Below are positions 9,573 to 19,998 of a DNA stretch of 64,000 bases, piece after piece. Where the stretch lies: assembly GCA_934141245.1 (NCBI GenBank), contig CAKPCB010000001.1, positions 21,259 through 85,258 of the forward strand, given 5' to 3'. The translations under genes were made by a program, and so were the position numbers. This DNA is from an uncultured Bacilli bacterium. Its GTDB lineage: Bacteria; Bacillota_I; Bacilli_A; RF39; UBA660. Within the stretch, counting starts at the first letter, position 1. Each line of letters starts with the position of its first letter. The notes under the pieces are model-generated. The model saw only the letters and a program-made list of their open reading frames with translations, was not told where the DNA came from and made no database searches.

Positions 9573-10093
9573 ATCTAATAAAAATTGGTAATATTCTTAT
9601 ACCAATTGTAGTTCTTGCAATCATAATATATGGTATAAGTAAAAAAGTGAATATTTATGATAGTTTTATAAATGGTTGCAAGGAAGGATTAGAACTTTCA
9701 ATATCAATATTTCCATATTTAATTGCTATGTTATTTGCTACTAATATTTTAATTAAAAGTGGTTTTCTGAATAGTATATTTATGTTCTTTAAACCTATAT
9801 TTGATGTTTTAAAAGTTCCAATAGAAATATTACCTATGGCAATATTAAGACCAATATCTGGTAATGCATCATTTGCAATTATGATAGATTTAATAAAAGA
9901 ATATGGCGTAGATTCATATATAGGTAAAATAGCTGCAACACTTCAAGGATCAACTGACACAACAATTTATGTGTTGTCCTTATATTTCGGAAGTATAGGT
10001 ATAAAAAAGATAAGATATTCTTTATATGCAGGTTTATTAACTGATTTGTTTGCAATTATTGTAAGTATAATATTAGTTAATTTAATATTTTAA
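9569..10093 (+). CDS. spmB: Spore maturation protein B
   Basis: 174 aa membrane protein, overlapping spmA in an ATGA-type junction. Size and position match SpmB. Confidence 0.8.
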   Translation: MNLIKIGNILIPIVVLAIIIYGISKKVNIYDSFINGCKEGLELSISIFPYLIAMLFATNILIKSGFLNSIFMFFKPIFDVLKVPIEILPMAILRPISGNASFAIMIDLIKEYGVDSYIGKIAATLQGSTDTTIYVLSLYFGSIGIKKIRYSLYAGLLTDLFAIIVSIILVNLIF

Positions 10094-10134
10094 ATATTTA
10101 ACTATTTATGTTATAATTTTTGCAGGTGATATAA

Positions 10135-10878
10135 ATGGAACGTTTACAAAAAGTACTTGCAAATAGTGGTGTTGCATCAAGAAGAAAATCAGAAGAATTA
10201 ATAAGACAAGGAAAAGTTAAAGTTAATGGTAAGGTAGTTACTGAGATGGGATTTAAAGTTTCACATTCTAGTTTAATTGAAGTAAACAATGTCAAAATAC
10301 AACAAGAAGATAAGGTGTATTTTTTACTTAATAAACCAAGAGGCGTAGTAACTACATCTAGTGATGAACATGGTAGAAAAACTGTAGTAGATCTAATTAA
10401 TTGTGATAAAAGAATTTATCCAGTAGGAAGGCTTGATTATGATACAACAGGTCTTATTATACTTACAAATGATGGAGAGTTTACTAATAATATAATTCAT
10501 CCTAAAAATGAAATAAATAAGACATATGTTGCTAAGATTAATGGTATATTAACTATATCTGATATTATGGCATTAAAACGTGGTGTTAATTTAGAAGATG
10601 GAAAAACTTCACCTGCAAAGGTAAAAGTTAGAAAAATTGATAATAAAACTAAGACTTCAATCATAGAGTTAACTATTCATGAAGGAAGAAATCATCAAGT
10701 CAAAAGAATGTTTGAATCGCTAGGATATGAAGTATTAAAACTAAAAAGAGAAAAAATTGCTTTTTTAACTTTAAAGGGATTAAATTCTGGGGATTATAGA
10801 ACACTTACTCCAAAAGAAGTAAATCAGTTATATGCATTATCGCAAAATATAGAATCAAATGGTATAAAAAAAGTATAG
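10135..10878 (+). CDS. rluB: 23S rRNA pseudouridine synthase RluB (S4 domain + RsuA/RluB catalytic domain)
   Basis: N-terminal S4 motif ERLQKVLANSGVASRRKSEELIRQGKVKVNG. Catalytic region YPVGRLDYDTTGLIILTNDG carries the catalytic Asp. The dacB-spmA-spmB-rluB synteny matches B. subtilis. Confidence 0.85.
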   Translation: MERLQKVLANSGVASRRKSEELIRQGKVKVNGKVVTEMGFKVSHSSLIEVNNVKIQQEDKVYFLLNKPRGVVTTSSDEHGRKTVVDLINCDKRIYPVGRLDYDTTGLIILTNDGEFTNNIIHPKNEINKTYVAKINGILTISDIMALKRGVNLEDGKTSPAKVKVRKIDNKTKTSIIELTIHEGRNHQVKRMFESLGYEVLKLKREKIAFLTLKGLNSGDYRTLTPKEVNQLYALSQNIESNGIKKV

Positions 10879-10901
10879 TGATCACTATACTTTTTTAAGT
10901 G

Positions 10902-11090
10902 TTATTCTTCTGTAGTAATTGCTCCAGTAGGACAACTTTCAACAGCTTCAACAACATCATTTTTGTTTTCTTCTGTAATATTACCACTTGCACATGCTAA
11001 TCCATCATCTTCAATTTCAAATACATCAGGAACTATTGCAGCACAAGCACCACAGCCTATACATTGATCTTTGTTAACATTAACTTTCAT
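10902..11090 (-). CDS. 4Fe-4S ferredoxin
   Basis: 62 aa with CIGCGAC and CxxxxC...CP cysteine clusters typical of small clostridial-type ferredoxins. Confidence 0.8.
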   Translation of the reverse strand: MKVNVNKDQCIGCGACAAIVPDVFEIEDDGLACASGNITEENKNDVVEAVESCPTGAITTEE

Positions 11091-11239
11091 TATTTAAACA
11101 CCTCAATATAATTATATAATAAAATATTTGTTAATACAATTAATATACATAACTTTACATATCTTATAGGTCTTATAAGCTGAGTACTTTAGTTTTTTTT
11201 AATAATATGATAAAATACTTATAGAATTGAGGTGTACTT

Positions 11240-12037
11240 ATGGAAAAAAGAGTGCAAAGATATACTGAAAATGAACAAACATATCCAAAAACTAGAACTT
11301 CAAAGAATAAATATTTATATGATGAATTAAATAACAAAATAGGATATGAAGAGTTAACAAATTTAGATACACAAACTAAAATAGATTTATCAGAAATAAC
11401 CGGTAAGTCTATTAGTAGAGAAGAATACCAAAAAACAAAGGATTATCAACAATTGTTTAATAAACAAGATGAAAAAGAAGAAGAAGAAGTTCAGGAAAAA
11501 GAAGAAAAAATATATGATATTAATGCAATACTTGAAGAAGCAAGAAAAAGTAGAGAAAAGTTTGATGAGTTAGAAAGTAAACGTAGATTAAAAGAAAATG
11601 ATTATATAACCTTAGCGGATATAAATAAAAAAGATGAGTACAAAAAAGAAACTCAAAATAATATAGATGAAAAAGAACTTACTGATCTTATAAATACAAT
11701 AACATCACATAATTTAGTAAATGATATAAAAAATGCTGAAGCTAAAGAAGGATCTGAGTCAGAAGATTTATTTTCTGAGCTTATGGCAACTAGTGCAGTT
11801 GACTTAGAAGGAATTGCAAGTGAATCTAATAAAAAAGAAGACGATGAAGAGGAAATAGATAGCTCATTTTATACTAAATCTATGGATTTGTCGGAGCAAG
11901 ATTTTGAATTAAGTGAAGAATTTGAAAATGATAGAAAGTCAAAAGTAAAAGCATTAGTTATTTTCTTAGTAATTTTAATACTCATTATATTAGGTGTATT
12001 TGGTTATTTATATTTAAAAAATAAAGGAATTATTTAA
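11240..12037 (+). CDS. Acidic, coiled-coil-rich protein with C-terminal transmembrane anchor (hypothetical)
   Basis: 265 aa, E/K-rich, with a single C-terminal TM helix ALVIFLVILILIILGVFGYLYL. RBS GAGGTG upstream. Confidence 0.6.
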   Translation: MEKRVQRYTENEQTYPKTRTSKNKYLYDELNNKIGYEELTNLDTQTKIDLSEITGKSISREEYQKTKDYQQLFNKQDEKEEEEVQEKEEKIYDINAILEEARKSREKFDELESKRRLKENDYITLADINKKDEYKKETQNNIDEKELTDLINTITSHNLVNDIKNAEAKEGSESEDLFSELMATSAVDLEGIASESNKKEDDEEEIDSSFYTKSMDLSEQDFELSEEFENDRKSKVKALVIFLVILILIILGVFGYLYLKNKGII

Positions 12038-12155
12038 CATATCAATTAAATAATTCTTTTTTTATCTTATAGGAATGTTGGAATCGGCGACGACCAATTT
12101 CAAATAAAAATTTTAATTTTTATTCTTTTGTCCCATATAATTAATTGGTGATATT

Positions 12156-12914
12156 GTGAAGAGAATTAAATTAAAAAAAAGAAAACAACATTTAACTAAG
12201 TTTAATAAAATTATTATTATATTAATACTTATAATTACTTTATCACTATTTTCTATAAAAAAATTAGGGGAACTAATTAATGATAAAATAATGGATTTTG
12301 CAATAATTGAGGTAAATAAACTATCTAGGAATATTATAAATAAAGCTGTTAATGAGACTGTACTAAAGGAATTAGAAACAGATAAATTATTTATTATAGA
12401 AAAAAACTCAAAGGGAGATATTCAACTTATAGATTTTGATGCTTTATATGTGAATAAAATATTATCATTGATAACAGAAAATATAGAAAAATATTTTTAT
12501 GAATTAGAAAGTGGATATAGTAGTATTATTGATATAAAAAGCAATTTGGTTACTAATACAGATATAACATCTAAAAAGAAAGGTGTTATATTTGAAATAC
12601 CAATGGGGGTAGCAACTAAAAATCCAATATTTTCAAATGTCGGCCCTAAAATCCCAATTAAATTATCATTAAGTGGAGATTTAGAATCTTGTGTTAAAAC
12701 TATGACGCAATCATATGGAATTAATAATTCAGTTATAACAGTTTATGTGAATATTAAAGTTAATGAGCAAGTATTACTACCATTATCAACAAAAAGGAAT
12801 ACCGTTTCAAACGATATTCCAATTGCAATAAAAGTTATTCAGGGAAACATCCCAAATTATTATTTTAATGGAGTAGAGTCAAACTCTAGTTTATATAATA
12901 TACCAACTAATTAA
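12156..12914 (+). CDS. yunB: Sporulation protein YunB
   Basis: N-terminal TM segment. IPMGVATKNPIFSNVGPKIPIKLSLSGDLES...IPIAIKVIQGNIPNYYFNG aligns with the B. subtilis YunB core IPLGQVTGNTLLANLGPKVPVQFSLIGDVHS...VPIAMGMIQGDVPSFYNG. Confidence 0.8.
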   Translation: MKRIKLKKRKQHLTKFNKIIIILILIITLSLFSIKKLGELINDKIMDFAIIEVNKLSRNIINKAVNETVLKELETDKLFIIEKNSKGDIQLIDFDALYVNKILSLITENIEKYFYELESGYSSIIDIKSNLVTNTDITSKKKGVIFEIPMGVATKNPIFSNVGPKIPIKLSLSGDLESCVKTMTQSYGINNSVITVYVNIKVNEQVLLPLSTKRNTVSNDIPIAIKVIQGNIPNYYFNGVESNSSLYNIPTN

Positions 12915-12922
12915 TATATGTT

Positions 12923-13444
12923 TTATCCTAGAAGCCCATCAAATAGACCAATAGATAAGATAGACATAATTATACCAGCCATAAGTACTCCAATACAAGC
13001 TGCAATAAATGATTTTTTCTTATCCATATCAAGCATAGCTGCAATTAAACAACCAGTCCAAGCACCTGTTCCAGGTAATGGAATTCCTATAAAAAGTACT
13101 AATCCCCAAAAACCATATTTTTCTATTTGTCCTTTTTTGTCTTCTACTTTTTTATCTATCCATTTTACAAACTTATTTAAAAAATTTACTTTACTATCAC
13201 GTAATTTATTTATTATTCCTTTTATTAATAAAATGATAAATGGAACAGGTAATATATTTCCAATATAACAAATTATAAAAGATGCTATAGGATTTAATCC
13301 AAGTGCCCTAGCAGCAAGAATACCACCACGAAGTTCTAGTATTGGACACATAGAAATAACAAACGAAATTATTTCTCTTCCTAAAGGTATTGATTTAATA
13401 CCCCCAAGTATTCCTAATAAAAAACCAACAAGTTTCTCTGTCAT
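12923..13444 (-). CDS. Small multidrug export protein family (COG2426-like) membrane protein
   Basis: 173 aa, 4 TM segments, motif PILELRGGILAA characteristic of the family. The + strand ORF at 12918-13268 overlaps it and is judged spurious. Confidence 0.7.
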   Translation of the reverse strand: MTEKLVGFLLGILGGIKSIPLGREIISFVISMCPILELRGGILAARALGLNPIASFIICYIGNILPVPFIILLIKGIINKLRDSKVNFLNKFVKWIDKKVEDKKGQIEKYGFWGLVLFIGIPLPGTGAWTGCLIAAMLDMDKKKSFIAACIGVLMAGIIMSILSIGLFDGLLG

Positions 13445-13540
13445 AATTTTAACCTCCGTTAATTTTATTCAATTATATTAAATAAAATGTATATGGTCAA
13501 TTCTTTCATATAAAAAAATTAATATAATATACTTTTATAG

Positions 13541-14161
13541 GTGAGAAGAATGGCACAATATGTTCTTAATTTAATAGATAATTATGGATATTTAGGAATG
13601 TTTTTAGGAATGATATTAGAAGCTGTAATAATAATAATACCAAGTGAGGTTATACTAGCAACAGGTGGAATTCTTGCAGGGCAAGGGATTTTTAGTTTTT
13701 GGGGAGCATTCTTTGTTGGACTTTTTGGAAGTTGTTTTTGTGCTATTATTATATATATCATGGGATATTATGGTGGAAAAGGGTTTGTGAAAAGATATGG
13801 AAAATATTTTTTTATGAAGGAAGAAGATCTTGATAAGACAGATACTTGGTTTGAAAAATATGGATTAATTGCAGCCTGTATAGGAAGAAATGTTCCAATA
13901 ATAAGAACTTTAATTTCCCTTCCTGTTGGAATAACTAGATTATCATTTAAAAAGTTTTTAGTATATACATTTATTGGTAGTATACCATGGACATTTGTCT
14001 TTGTATATTTTGGATACGCATTAGGGAATAATTGGACTATTCTTTCTGATATAACATCTAAGTTTAAAACCCCAATTAGAATATTATTAATAATATTAGT
14101 GTTAAGTTTTTTAATATCAAAAATCAAGAAAATAAAAAAAAGAAAAACTTATTCTATATAA
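13541..14161 (+). CDS. DedA/SNARE-associated family membrane protein
   Basis: Polytopic membrane protein. GYYGGKGFVKRYGKYF, EKYGLIAACIGRNVPIIRTLISLPVGI and FLVYTFIGSIPWTFVFVYFGYALG are typical DedA family blocks. Confidence 0.8.
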   Translation: MRRMAQYVLNLIDNYGYLGMFLGMILEAVIIIIPSEVILATGGILAGQGIFSFWGAFFVGLFGSCFCAIIIYIMGYYGGKGFVKRYGKYFFMKEEDLDKTDTWFEKYGLIAACIGRNVPIIRTLISLPVGITRLSFKKFLVYTFIGSIPWTFVFVYFGYALGNNWTILSDITSKFKTPIRILLIILVLSFLISKIKKIKKRKTYSI

Positions 14162-14583
14162 AATTTTTCTTCTAAAAAACAATCAATTGTTTTTCTTGAT
14201 GCTGAAAATATATTATCAGGTAGGCTGTTTATGTTAAACCATTTCCACTGTGTTATTTCGTCAGGCTCCATTACTTTAATTTCACCACTATACTTGTTAG
14301 CAATCATTCCAACTGAAACATAATGAGCAAATTCATTTAAATCTGTTTGTACACATATAACTTCTAAATCATCTACATCTAGATTTGTTTCTTCTTTTAC
14401 CTCACGTTTTCCAGCTTCATAAAATGTTTCACCATATTCAATATTTCCACCAGGTAATGTCCAAGTGCCTTCTTCATGCATTTCACTATCTGCTTTTTCT
14501 ATATCTTTACCACGTTTTCCAAGTAGTATCATATTATCATTTTTAATGATCACACCACATCCACATCCGATGTGTTTTTTCAT
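14149..14583 (-). CDS. NUDIX hydrolase
   Basis: Nudix box GGNIEYGETFYEAGKREVKEETNLDV (GX5EX7REUXEEXGU). Confidence 0.8.
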   Translation of the reverse strand: MKKHIGCGCGVIIKNDNMILLGKRGKDIEKADSEMHEEGTWTLPGGNIEYGETFYEAGKREVKEETNLDVDDLEVICVQTDLNEFAHYVSVGMIANKYSGEIKVMEPDEITQWKWFNINSLPDNIFSASRKTIDCFLEEKFYIE

Positions 14584-14611
14584 AAAATCACCATCCTAGA
14601 TAATTATACAT

Positions 14612-16105
14612 TTATTCTGGTGTTTTTTCAATTTTAATATCATATGTACTAGGACCTTTTATAACTTTTCCATTTATATCAAATCTAGAACCATGACATG
14701 GGCAATCCCAAGTCTTATCTACTTCATTAAAAATTAAATTACATTTCATATGTGGACATAAATTAGATACAATATATTCACGACCATTATCATCTGTATA
14801 AACCCCATATGTTTTTCCATTTTCTTCACGAATCTCAACGCTTTTATAAAATTTAGGCTTTTTATAGATTTTTGATAAAACATAATTATAACCATTAATT
14901 AGATTAAAACTAAAGTAATTAACAAGTTTATTTACATTAAATAGCCTGTTAGGATCAAATAATTCACTATATTTGTTGGGCCTTTCTTGAATTAAATCAC
15001 TTATTATTTTTCCTGCAATAGTACCATTTGTCATTCCCCATAAGTTATAGCCAGTTCCAATTAATAAGTTTTTATTATCTTTTTCTAAATATCCAATTAT
15101 AGGAAGTGAATCATTTGTTACTATATCGTAGTTGAACCAATAATATTTTATTTTATCACTTAATGTAGTTTTCATCTGCCAAAATAAATTTTGAAAATTA
15201 GTTTCATTATCTATATTTTTTCCCATTATTCTTTCTTCACCGGCATATATTATATAGCTTCTAGAATCAGAATGGTATCTTATAGAGTGAATATTATCAT
15301 CTTCACTAATAGCATTAAATCTTTTGCTTTTATCAATCAATGATGCACATAAATATCCTTTTTTTAGTGTTGTTCTAAATGGGAAAAAATATGGTTTTAG
15401 AAAAAATGGATAATGACATGCTAGTACAACTTTTTTTGCCTTTATTTCATGTTTGTCAGTTTGTGCAATGTAATAATCATCTTTTTTTTCTAAACAATTA
15501 ATTTTTGTGTTTTCATATATATTTATATCATCTTTTAAAATTCTTTTTAATTCAAGTAAATATTTAACTGGATGAAAAACAGCAGTATCATCTACTTTTA
15601 TTCCAAATGATGATTGGTAGTTGATTGGTAAATTTTTAACAATTTTATAATTTGATTTACTATATTTAAGTATTTTGGCAGTTTGATTTAATTTTGATAT
15701 ATTCATATTCTTATCTGTAAATATAAAAGAATTATTACTTTCAAAATCACATTTAATATTATTTTCTATAATAATATCTTTAACTATATCAATTGCTTCT
15801 TTTTGTGATTTTAAGTATTTTTTTGCGGTTTCCTTATCATAAATGTTTTCTATTTTGTTATATATAGTTCCTTGTAAATAGCTTAATTTTCCTGTTGAAT
15901 TTGATGTTTGCCCAGTTCCAATTTTATTTTGTTCGACTAACGTAACATCTAAATTAGAGTCTTTAAGAAAATATGCAGTGGTAATACCTGTTATACCACC
16001 ACCAATAATTAATACATCAGTTTCTATATTTTGTTTTAATTGTGGATAAGCTTTGTCTTTTATCCCTTTTAGCCATAAGCTTTTATTATTCAATATAATC
16101 ACCAT
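14612..16105 (-). CDS. FAD-dependent oxidoreductase with C-terminal Rieske [2Fe-2S] domain (YhfW-like)
   Basis: N-terminal dinucleotide-binding motif VLIIGGGITGITTAYFL. C-terminal Rieske motifs CPHMKC and CPCHGSRF. Confidence 0.8.
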   Translation of the reverse strand: MVIILNNKSLWLKGIKDKAYPQLKQNIETDVLIIGGGITGITTAYFLKDSNLDVTLVEQNKIGTGQTSNSTGKLSYLQGTIYNKIENIYDKETAKKYLKSQKEAIDIVKDIIIENNIKCDFESNNSFIFTDKNMNISKLNQTAKILKYSKSNYKIVKNLPINYQSSFGIKVDDTAVFHPVKYLLELKRILKDDINIYENTKINCLEKKDDYYIAQTDKHEIKAKKVVLACHYPFFLKPYFFPFRTTLKKGYLCASLIDKSKRFNAISEDDNIHSIRYHSDSRSYIIYAGEERIMGKNIDNETNFQNLFWQMKTTLSDKIKYYWFNYDIVTNDSLPIIGYLEKDNKNLLIGTGYNLWGMTNGTIAGKIISDLIQERPNKYSELFDPNRLFNVNKLVNYFSFNLINGYNYVLSKIYKKPKFYKSVEIREENGKTYGVYTDDNGREYIVSNLCPHMKCNLIFNEVDKTWDCPCHGSRFDINGKVIKGPSTYDIKIEKTPE

Positions 16106-16174
16106 TATATTATGAATTAATATGGATTTTTTTAAACATGATTGATATAATTGTTTTATTATAGGAGAGATATT

Positions 16175-16780
16175 ATGAAATGTACTAATTGTGGTGCTAA
16201 TTTAAAAGATGATGCTAGTTATTGTATTAGATGTGGAAGTAAAATAAATAGTGATGGGATAAGTATTAGTAATAATGTAAATAAAAATAGGAAAAGTCTT
16301 AATAATTATGACTTGGATAATTTATTAAAAGCATATGTTGGAAATAATTATAATAAATTTATTTATAGTAGTTTTTCTATTTTATATTTTTTACTTGGTC
16401 CTATATATGGATTTGCTAGAAGAATGTATTCATTTTCTATAATTCATATTATAGTTAATTCTATTGTTATTTATATAAGTAGTAAAATAGATCAAACATT
16501 ACCAATTGTTTTATCATTTATTTTATTAATTATATTTTCACTTAATTTTAAAAAGCAATATATTAATACAGCAAAAGTAAGAGTAAATAAGATAATTGAT
16601 AATAATTTAGACTCAGATATTGTTATGTTACAAAATAAATGTGGTAAAAAGGGTGGATTAAATATTTTATTTGTTATTTTACCTATATTAATTATTATAA
16701 TTAGTGTAATAGTTATAGCGTTTTTAATAATTAATGGTAAAATATCTATTTCACAGTTATATAATTTAAAAAATATGTAA
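16175..16780 (+). CDS. Zinc-ribbon domain membrane protein (hypothetical)
   Basis: The ATG at 16175 follows RBS AGGAGAG. N-terminal CTNCGANL...CIRCGSKI zinc ribbon, then three hydrophobic segments. Confidence 0.6.
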   Translation: MKCTNCGANLKDDASYCIRCGSKINSDGISISNNVNKNRKSLNNYDLDNLLKAYVGNNYNKFIYSSFSILYFLLGPIYGFARRMYSFSIIHIIVNSIVIYISSKIDQTLPIVLSFILLIIFSLNFKKQYINTAKVRVNKIIDNNLDSDIVMLQNKCGKKGGLNILFVILPILIIIISVIVIAFLIINGKISISQLYNLKNM

Positions 16781-16860
16781 ATTAATATAAAAAATTTCTT
16801 GATTTTTATTACGTTTGTGCTATAATTTAGAAAGTTTATTTAAGGAAGTGTCATATAATT

Positions 16861-18675
16861 ATGAAAAAAAGAAATATTGCTATTATAGCGCATGTAGACC
16901 ATGGTAAAACAACTTTAGTAGATGAAATACTAAAATCAAGTGGTACATTTAGAGAAAATGAGGATTTAACTAATGTAAGTATGGACTCTAATCAATTAGA
17001 AAGAGAAAGAGGAATTACTATATTAGCTAAAACTACTGCTATTGACTATAATGGCTATAGGATTAATATATTGGATACACCAGGACATGCTGATTTTGGT
17101 GGAGAAGTAGAACGTATAATGAATATGGTTGATGGTGTATTGCTTGTTGTTGATGCATATGAAGGAACAATGCCTCAAACAAGATTTGTTTTAAAGAAAG
17201 CACTAGAAGCTCATGTTAAACCAATAGTTGTTGTTAATAAAGTTGATAAACCAAGTGCAAGATGCTTAGAAGTTGTTGATGAGGTATTAGATTTATTCAT
17301 AGAATTAGGTGCAGAAGAAGATTGGTTAGATTTTAAAGTGGTTTATGCATCTGCTATAAATGGAACTTCTAGTTTAGATCCTGATGTATCAACACAAGAA
17401 AAAGGATTTAAGAAATTATTAGATTTAATAATAGATGAGATTCCAGCACCTAGTGGAAATCCAAATGAAGATTTACAATTTCAGCCAGCATTATTAGATT
17501 ATAATGATTACGTTGGAAGAATTGGTGTTGGTAGAGTTCACAATGGAAAAATAAAAGTTGGTCAAATGGTAGATTGTTTAAGATTAGATGGCAGTATTAA
17601 ACAATTTAGAGTTCAAAAATTATTTGGATATTTAGGTCTTAAAAGAATTGAAATAGAAGAGGCAGAAGCAGGAGATATTTGTGCTGTCGCAGGACTTCCT
17701 GATATCTCGGTTGGTGAGACACTATGTGAAGTTAATAAACATAAACCATTACCTATACTTCATGTTGATGAACCAACACTACAAATGACTATAGGAGTTA
17801 ATACTTCACCTTTTGTTGGAAGAGATGGTAAACTTCTTACTGCAAGAAAGATAGAGGAAAGACTTAATAAAGAGTTGCAAAAAGATGTTAGCTTAAGGGT
17901 AGAACCAAATGATAGTGAATCATGGATTGTGTCAGGACGTGGAGAGCTTCATTTATCTATTTTGATTGAAAATATGAGACGTGAAGGATTTGAACTTCAA
18001 GTAAGCAAACCTGCTGTAATTATAAAAGAAATAGATGGCATTAAAATGGAACCATATGAGGAACTTCAAATTGAATGTCCTGATGATACAATAGGTAGTG
18101 TTATTGAACAATTAGGAACACGTGGAGCTATAATGGAGTCTATGACTAATTTAAATGGACAAACAAGAGTTATATATACAATTCCATCACGTGGATTAAT
18201 TGGGTTTACAACTAACTTCATGACTTTAACTAAAGGATATGGAATTATAAATCATTCATTTAAAGAATATAGACCTATGGCAACTGTTGATGTTGGTGAA
18301 AGATCTTTAGGCGTTTTAGTATCAATGGAGAATGGTAAATCAACCGCATATGCATTAGGTGGACTAGAAGATCGTGGAGTTATGTTTATAGAACCTGGTG
18401 TTGAAGTATATGAAGGTATGATTGTTGGTGAGCATAATAGAGACAATGATTTAGCTGTTAATGTTGTAAAAGGAAAGAATTTAACAAATGTAAGAGCATC
18501 TGGATCAGACCATACAGTTGTATTAAAAAGACCAAGACCAATCACACTAGAATATGCACTTGATTATATAAATAGTGATGAATTAGTAGAAGTGACACCA
18601 CATAATATAAGATTACGTAAAAAAATACTTGATTCTATTGAAAGAAAAAAATTTGATGCTAAAAAGCAAAACTAG
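16861..18675 (+). CDS. typA: Translational GTPase TypA/BipA
   Basis: G-domain motifs [18 protein letters not shown] and NKVDK. 604 aa, with a full-length EF-G-like domain structure. Confidence 0.9.
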   Translation: MKKRNIAIIAHVDHGKTTLVDEILKSSGTFRENEDLTNVSMDSNQLERERGITILAKTTAIDYNGYRINILDTPGHADFGGEVERIMNMVDGVLLVVDAYEGTMPQTRFVLKKALEAHVKPIVVVNKVDKPSARCLEVVDEVLDLFIELGAEEDWLDFKVVYASAINGTSSLDPDVSTQEKGFKKLLDLIIDEIPAPSGNPNEDLQFQPALLDYNDYVGRIGVGRVHNGKIKVGQMVDCLRLDGSIKQFRVQKLFGYLGLKRIEIEEAEAGDICAVAGLPDISVGETLCEVNKHKPLPILHVDEPTLQMTIGVNTSPFVGRDGKLLTARKIEERLNKELQKDVSLRVEPNDSESWIVSGRGELHLSILIENMRREGFELQVSKPAVIIKEIDGIKMEPYEELQIECPDDTIGSVIEQLGTRGAIMESMTNLNGQTRVIYTIPSRGLIGFTTNFMTLTKGYGIINHSFKEYRPMATVDVGERSLGVLVSMENGKSTAYALGGLEDRGVMFIEPGVEVYEGMIVGEHNRDNDLAVNVVKGKNLTNVRASGSDHTVVLKRPRPITLEYALDYINSDELVEVTPHNIRLRKKILDSIERKKFDAKKQN

Positions 18676-18688
18676 TTAATTTAAAAAA

Positions 18689-18722
18689 ATGATAGATATT
18701 TGTTGGTCTATCATTTTTTTTA
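18689..18722 (+). terminator. Rho-independent terminator after typA
   Basis: 9-bp stem aatgataga/tctatcatt followed by TTTTTTT. Confidence 0.6.
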
Positions 18723-18768
18723 TGCTATAATAATACTGAATTATAGTCTAAAAGGAGAATTTAATTTT

Positions 18769-19998
18769 ATGAAAAAAAAGTCAATACTATATATTTTTAT
18801 ATTTATTATAGGACTATGCTTGATAGATAATGTTAATGCAGATCAGGGATGTAGCTACAAAGCAACACTTTATGATTATAATAATCAATCGTATTATAAT
18901 GCAATAAAAAGTGGAACGGAATTGCCAGAACCTAGAGCAACATATGAGTATACAATAGAGATAACCAAAAACGATAAAAACGAGATTAGCATTAAATCTT
19001 TGGCAGACAAAGTTGGAATTAGAGAATTAAAAATACCAGATGATTATGCTAGTACAATGTTTGTGACAGATAATGATAATTTGTACTGTCCTGATCAAAT
19101 ATATATGAATTTTGAAAATAGTAAAAAAAATAGTGTAAAATATTCTTTTTCAACAAATAAAAGAACTGATGTGACTAAAACAAGCGGGCCAGTTAGCTAT
19201 ACATTAACCAATCCTGAAGCTGTAAATGGAGCCAAAGTATATACTCCGCAAAAAAGAGGAAGTACATTGGTTCCATGTAAAACTGGTGGATTTCAAATTG
19301 CAAATGATATAAAAACTAAGGCTGATGATTATAAGAAAAAAGTCGATGATGCAACCGGTGAGCAACTATTAATTATGCAAGGAAATTTGAAAAATTTATC
19401 ATCAAATATTTCGTCAGGATTAAATCAGCAATATTGTGAAGTAGATGAATTTAGAAAAGCCTCAAAATCAGTTGAGAATGCAAACAGTGTAATTGCCAAA
19501 AAGATAGCTGATAGCAGTATGACTAACTCCGAGAAAGAAATATCAAAAGCAAATGAAAGTGCAATTTCAAATGAGATAGAAAAGGCAAATGAAATTATAG
19601 CATCTAAAGTTAATCAAATTACTATTAAAGAGGGAAACATTTTAAATTGTGAGGAATTACTTGATAAAGACCTAAAAGATGTAATTAAATGGGTATTAAA
19701 AATTGTTAGAATAGCAGTACCAATTTTATTGATAGTATTAGTAACAATTGATTTTTCATCTGCAGTTATTTCTCAAGATCAAGACTCAATAAAGAAGGCT
19801 ACTTCAAAAGCTATAAAAAGAGGTATTGCAGCACTTGCATTCTTCTTTATACCTTTATTTGTTAATGTCATGTTAGATTGGTTATTGAAATATTCACCAA
19901 TAACTGTTACAAAAACAAATGAAGCTGGTGAAACTGTTAAGGTTGAAATGAGAGATATATCTTGTGAGGAGGTGTTGAAAGGTGATTCTGACATTTGA
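18769..19998 (+). CDS. Secreted protein with C-terminal double hydrophobic hairpin (possible VirB2/TrbC pilin-like module)
   Basis: True start is the ATG at 18769 after RBS AAAGGAGAA. Sec signal MKKKSILYIFIFIIGLCLIDNVNA is followed by a ~330 aa soluble domain. Two C-terminal TM helices (IAVPILLIVLVTI... and GIAALAFFFIPLFVNVML) have VirB2-like topology. It is the first gene of the T4SS-like cluster. Confidence 0.6.
   Translation: MKKKSILYIFIFIIGLCLIDNVNADQGCSYKATLYDYNNQSYYNAIKSGTELPEPRATYEYTIEITKNDKNEISIKSLADKVGIRELKIPDDYASTMFVTDNDNLYCPDQIYMNFENSKKNSVKYSFSTNKRTDVTKTSGPVSYTLTNPEAVNGAKVYTPQKRGSTLVPCKTGGFQIANDIKTKADDYKKKVDDATGEQLLIMQGNLKNLSSNISSGLNQQYCEVDEFRKASKSVENANSVIAKKIADSSMTNSEKEISKANESAISNEIEKANEIIASKVNQITIKEGNILNCEELLDKDLKDVIKWVLKIVRIAVPILLIVLVTIDFSSAVISQDQDSIKKATSKAIKRGIAALAFFFIPLFVNVMLDWLLKYSPITVTKTNEAGETVKVEMRDISCEEVLKGDSDI

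Noticed and set aside
12060-12110. Locally GC-rich island (gttggaatcggcgacgaccaatttc) in the yunB upstream region, considered as a small RNA or tRNA fragment
   Set aside because: No cloverleaf or stable extended structure is evident by eye, and it is only ~30 nt. It may simply be part of a sporulation promoter or terminator region.
12918-13268. + strand 116-aa ORF overlapping the minus-strand COG2426 membrane protein gene
   Set aside because: It lies entirely inside a well-supported minus-strand gene with a family motif (PILELRGG). Its composition is a mirror artefact of the AT-rich coding strand.
18700-18768. 5' extension of the first T4SS-cluster ORF (start 18700)
   Set aside because: It overlaps the typA terminator hairpin. 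The ATG at 18769 follows a strong RBS and begins a classical signal peptide.
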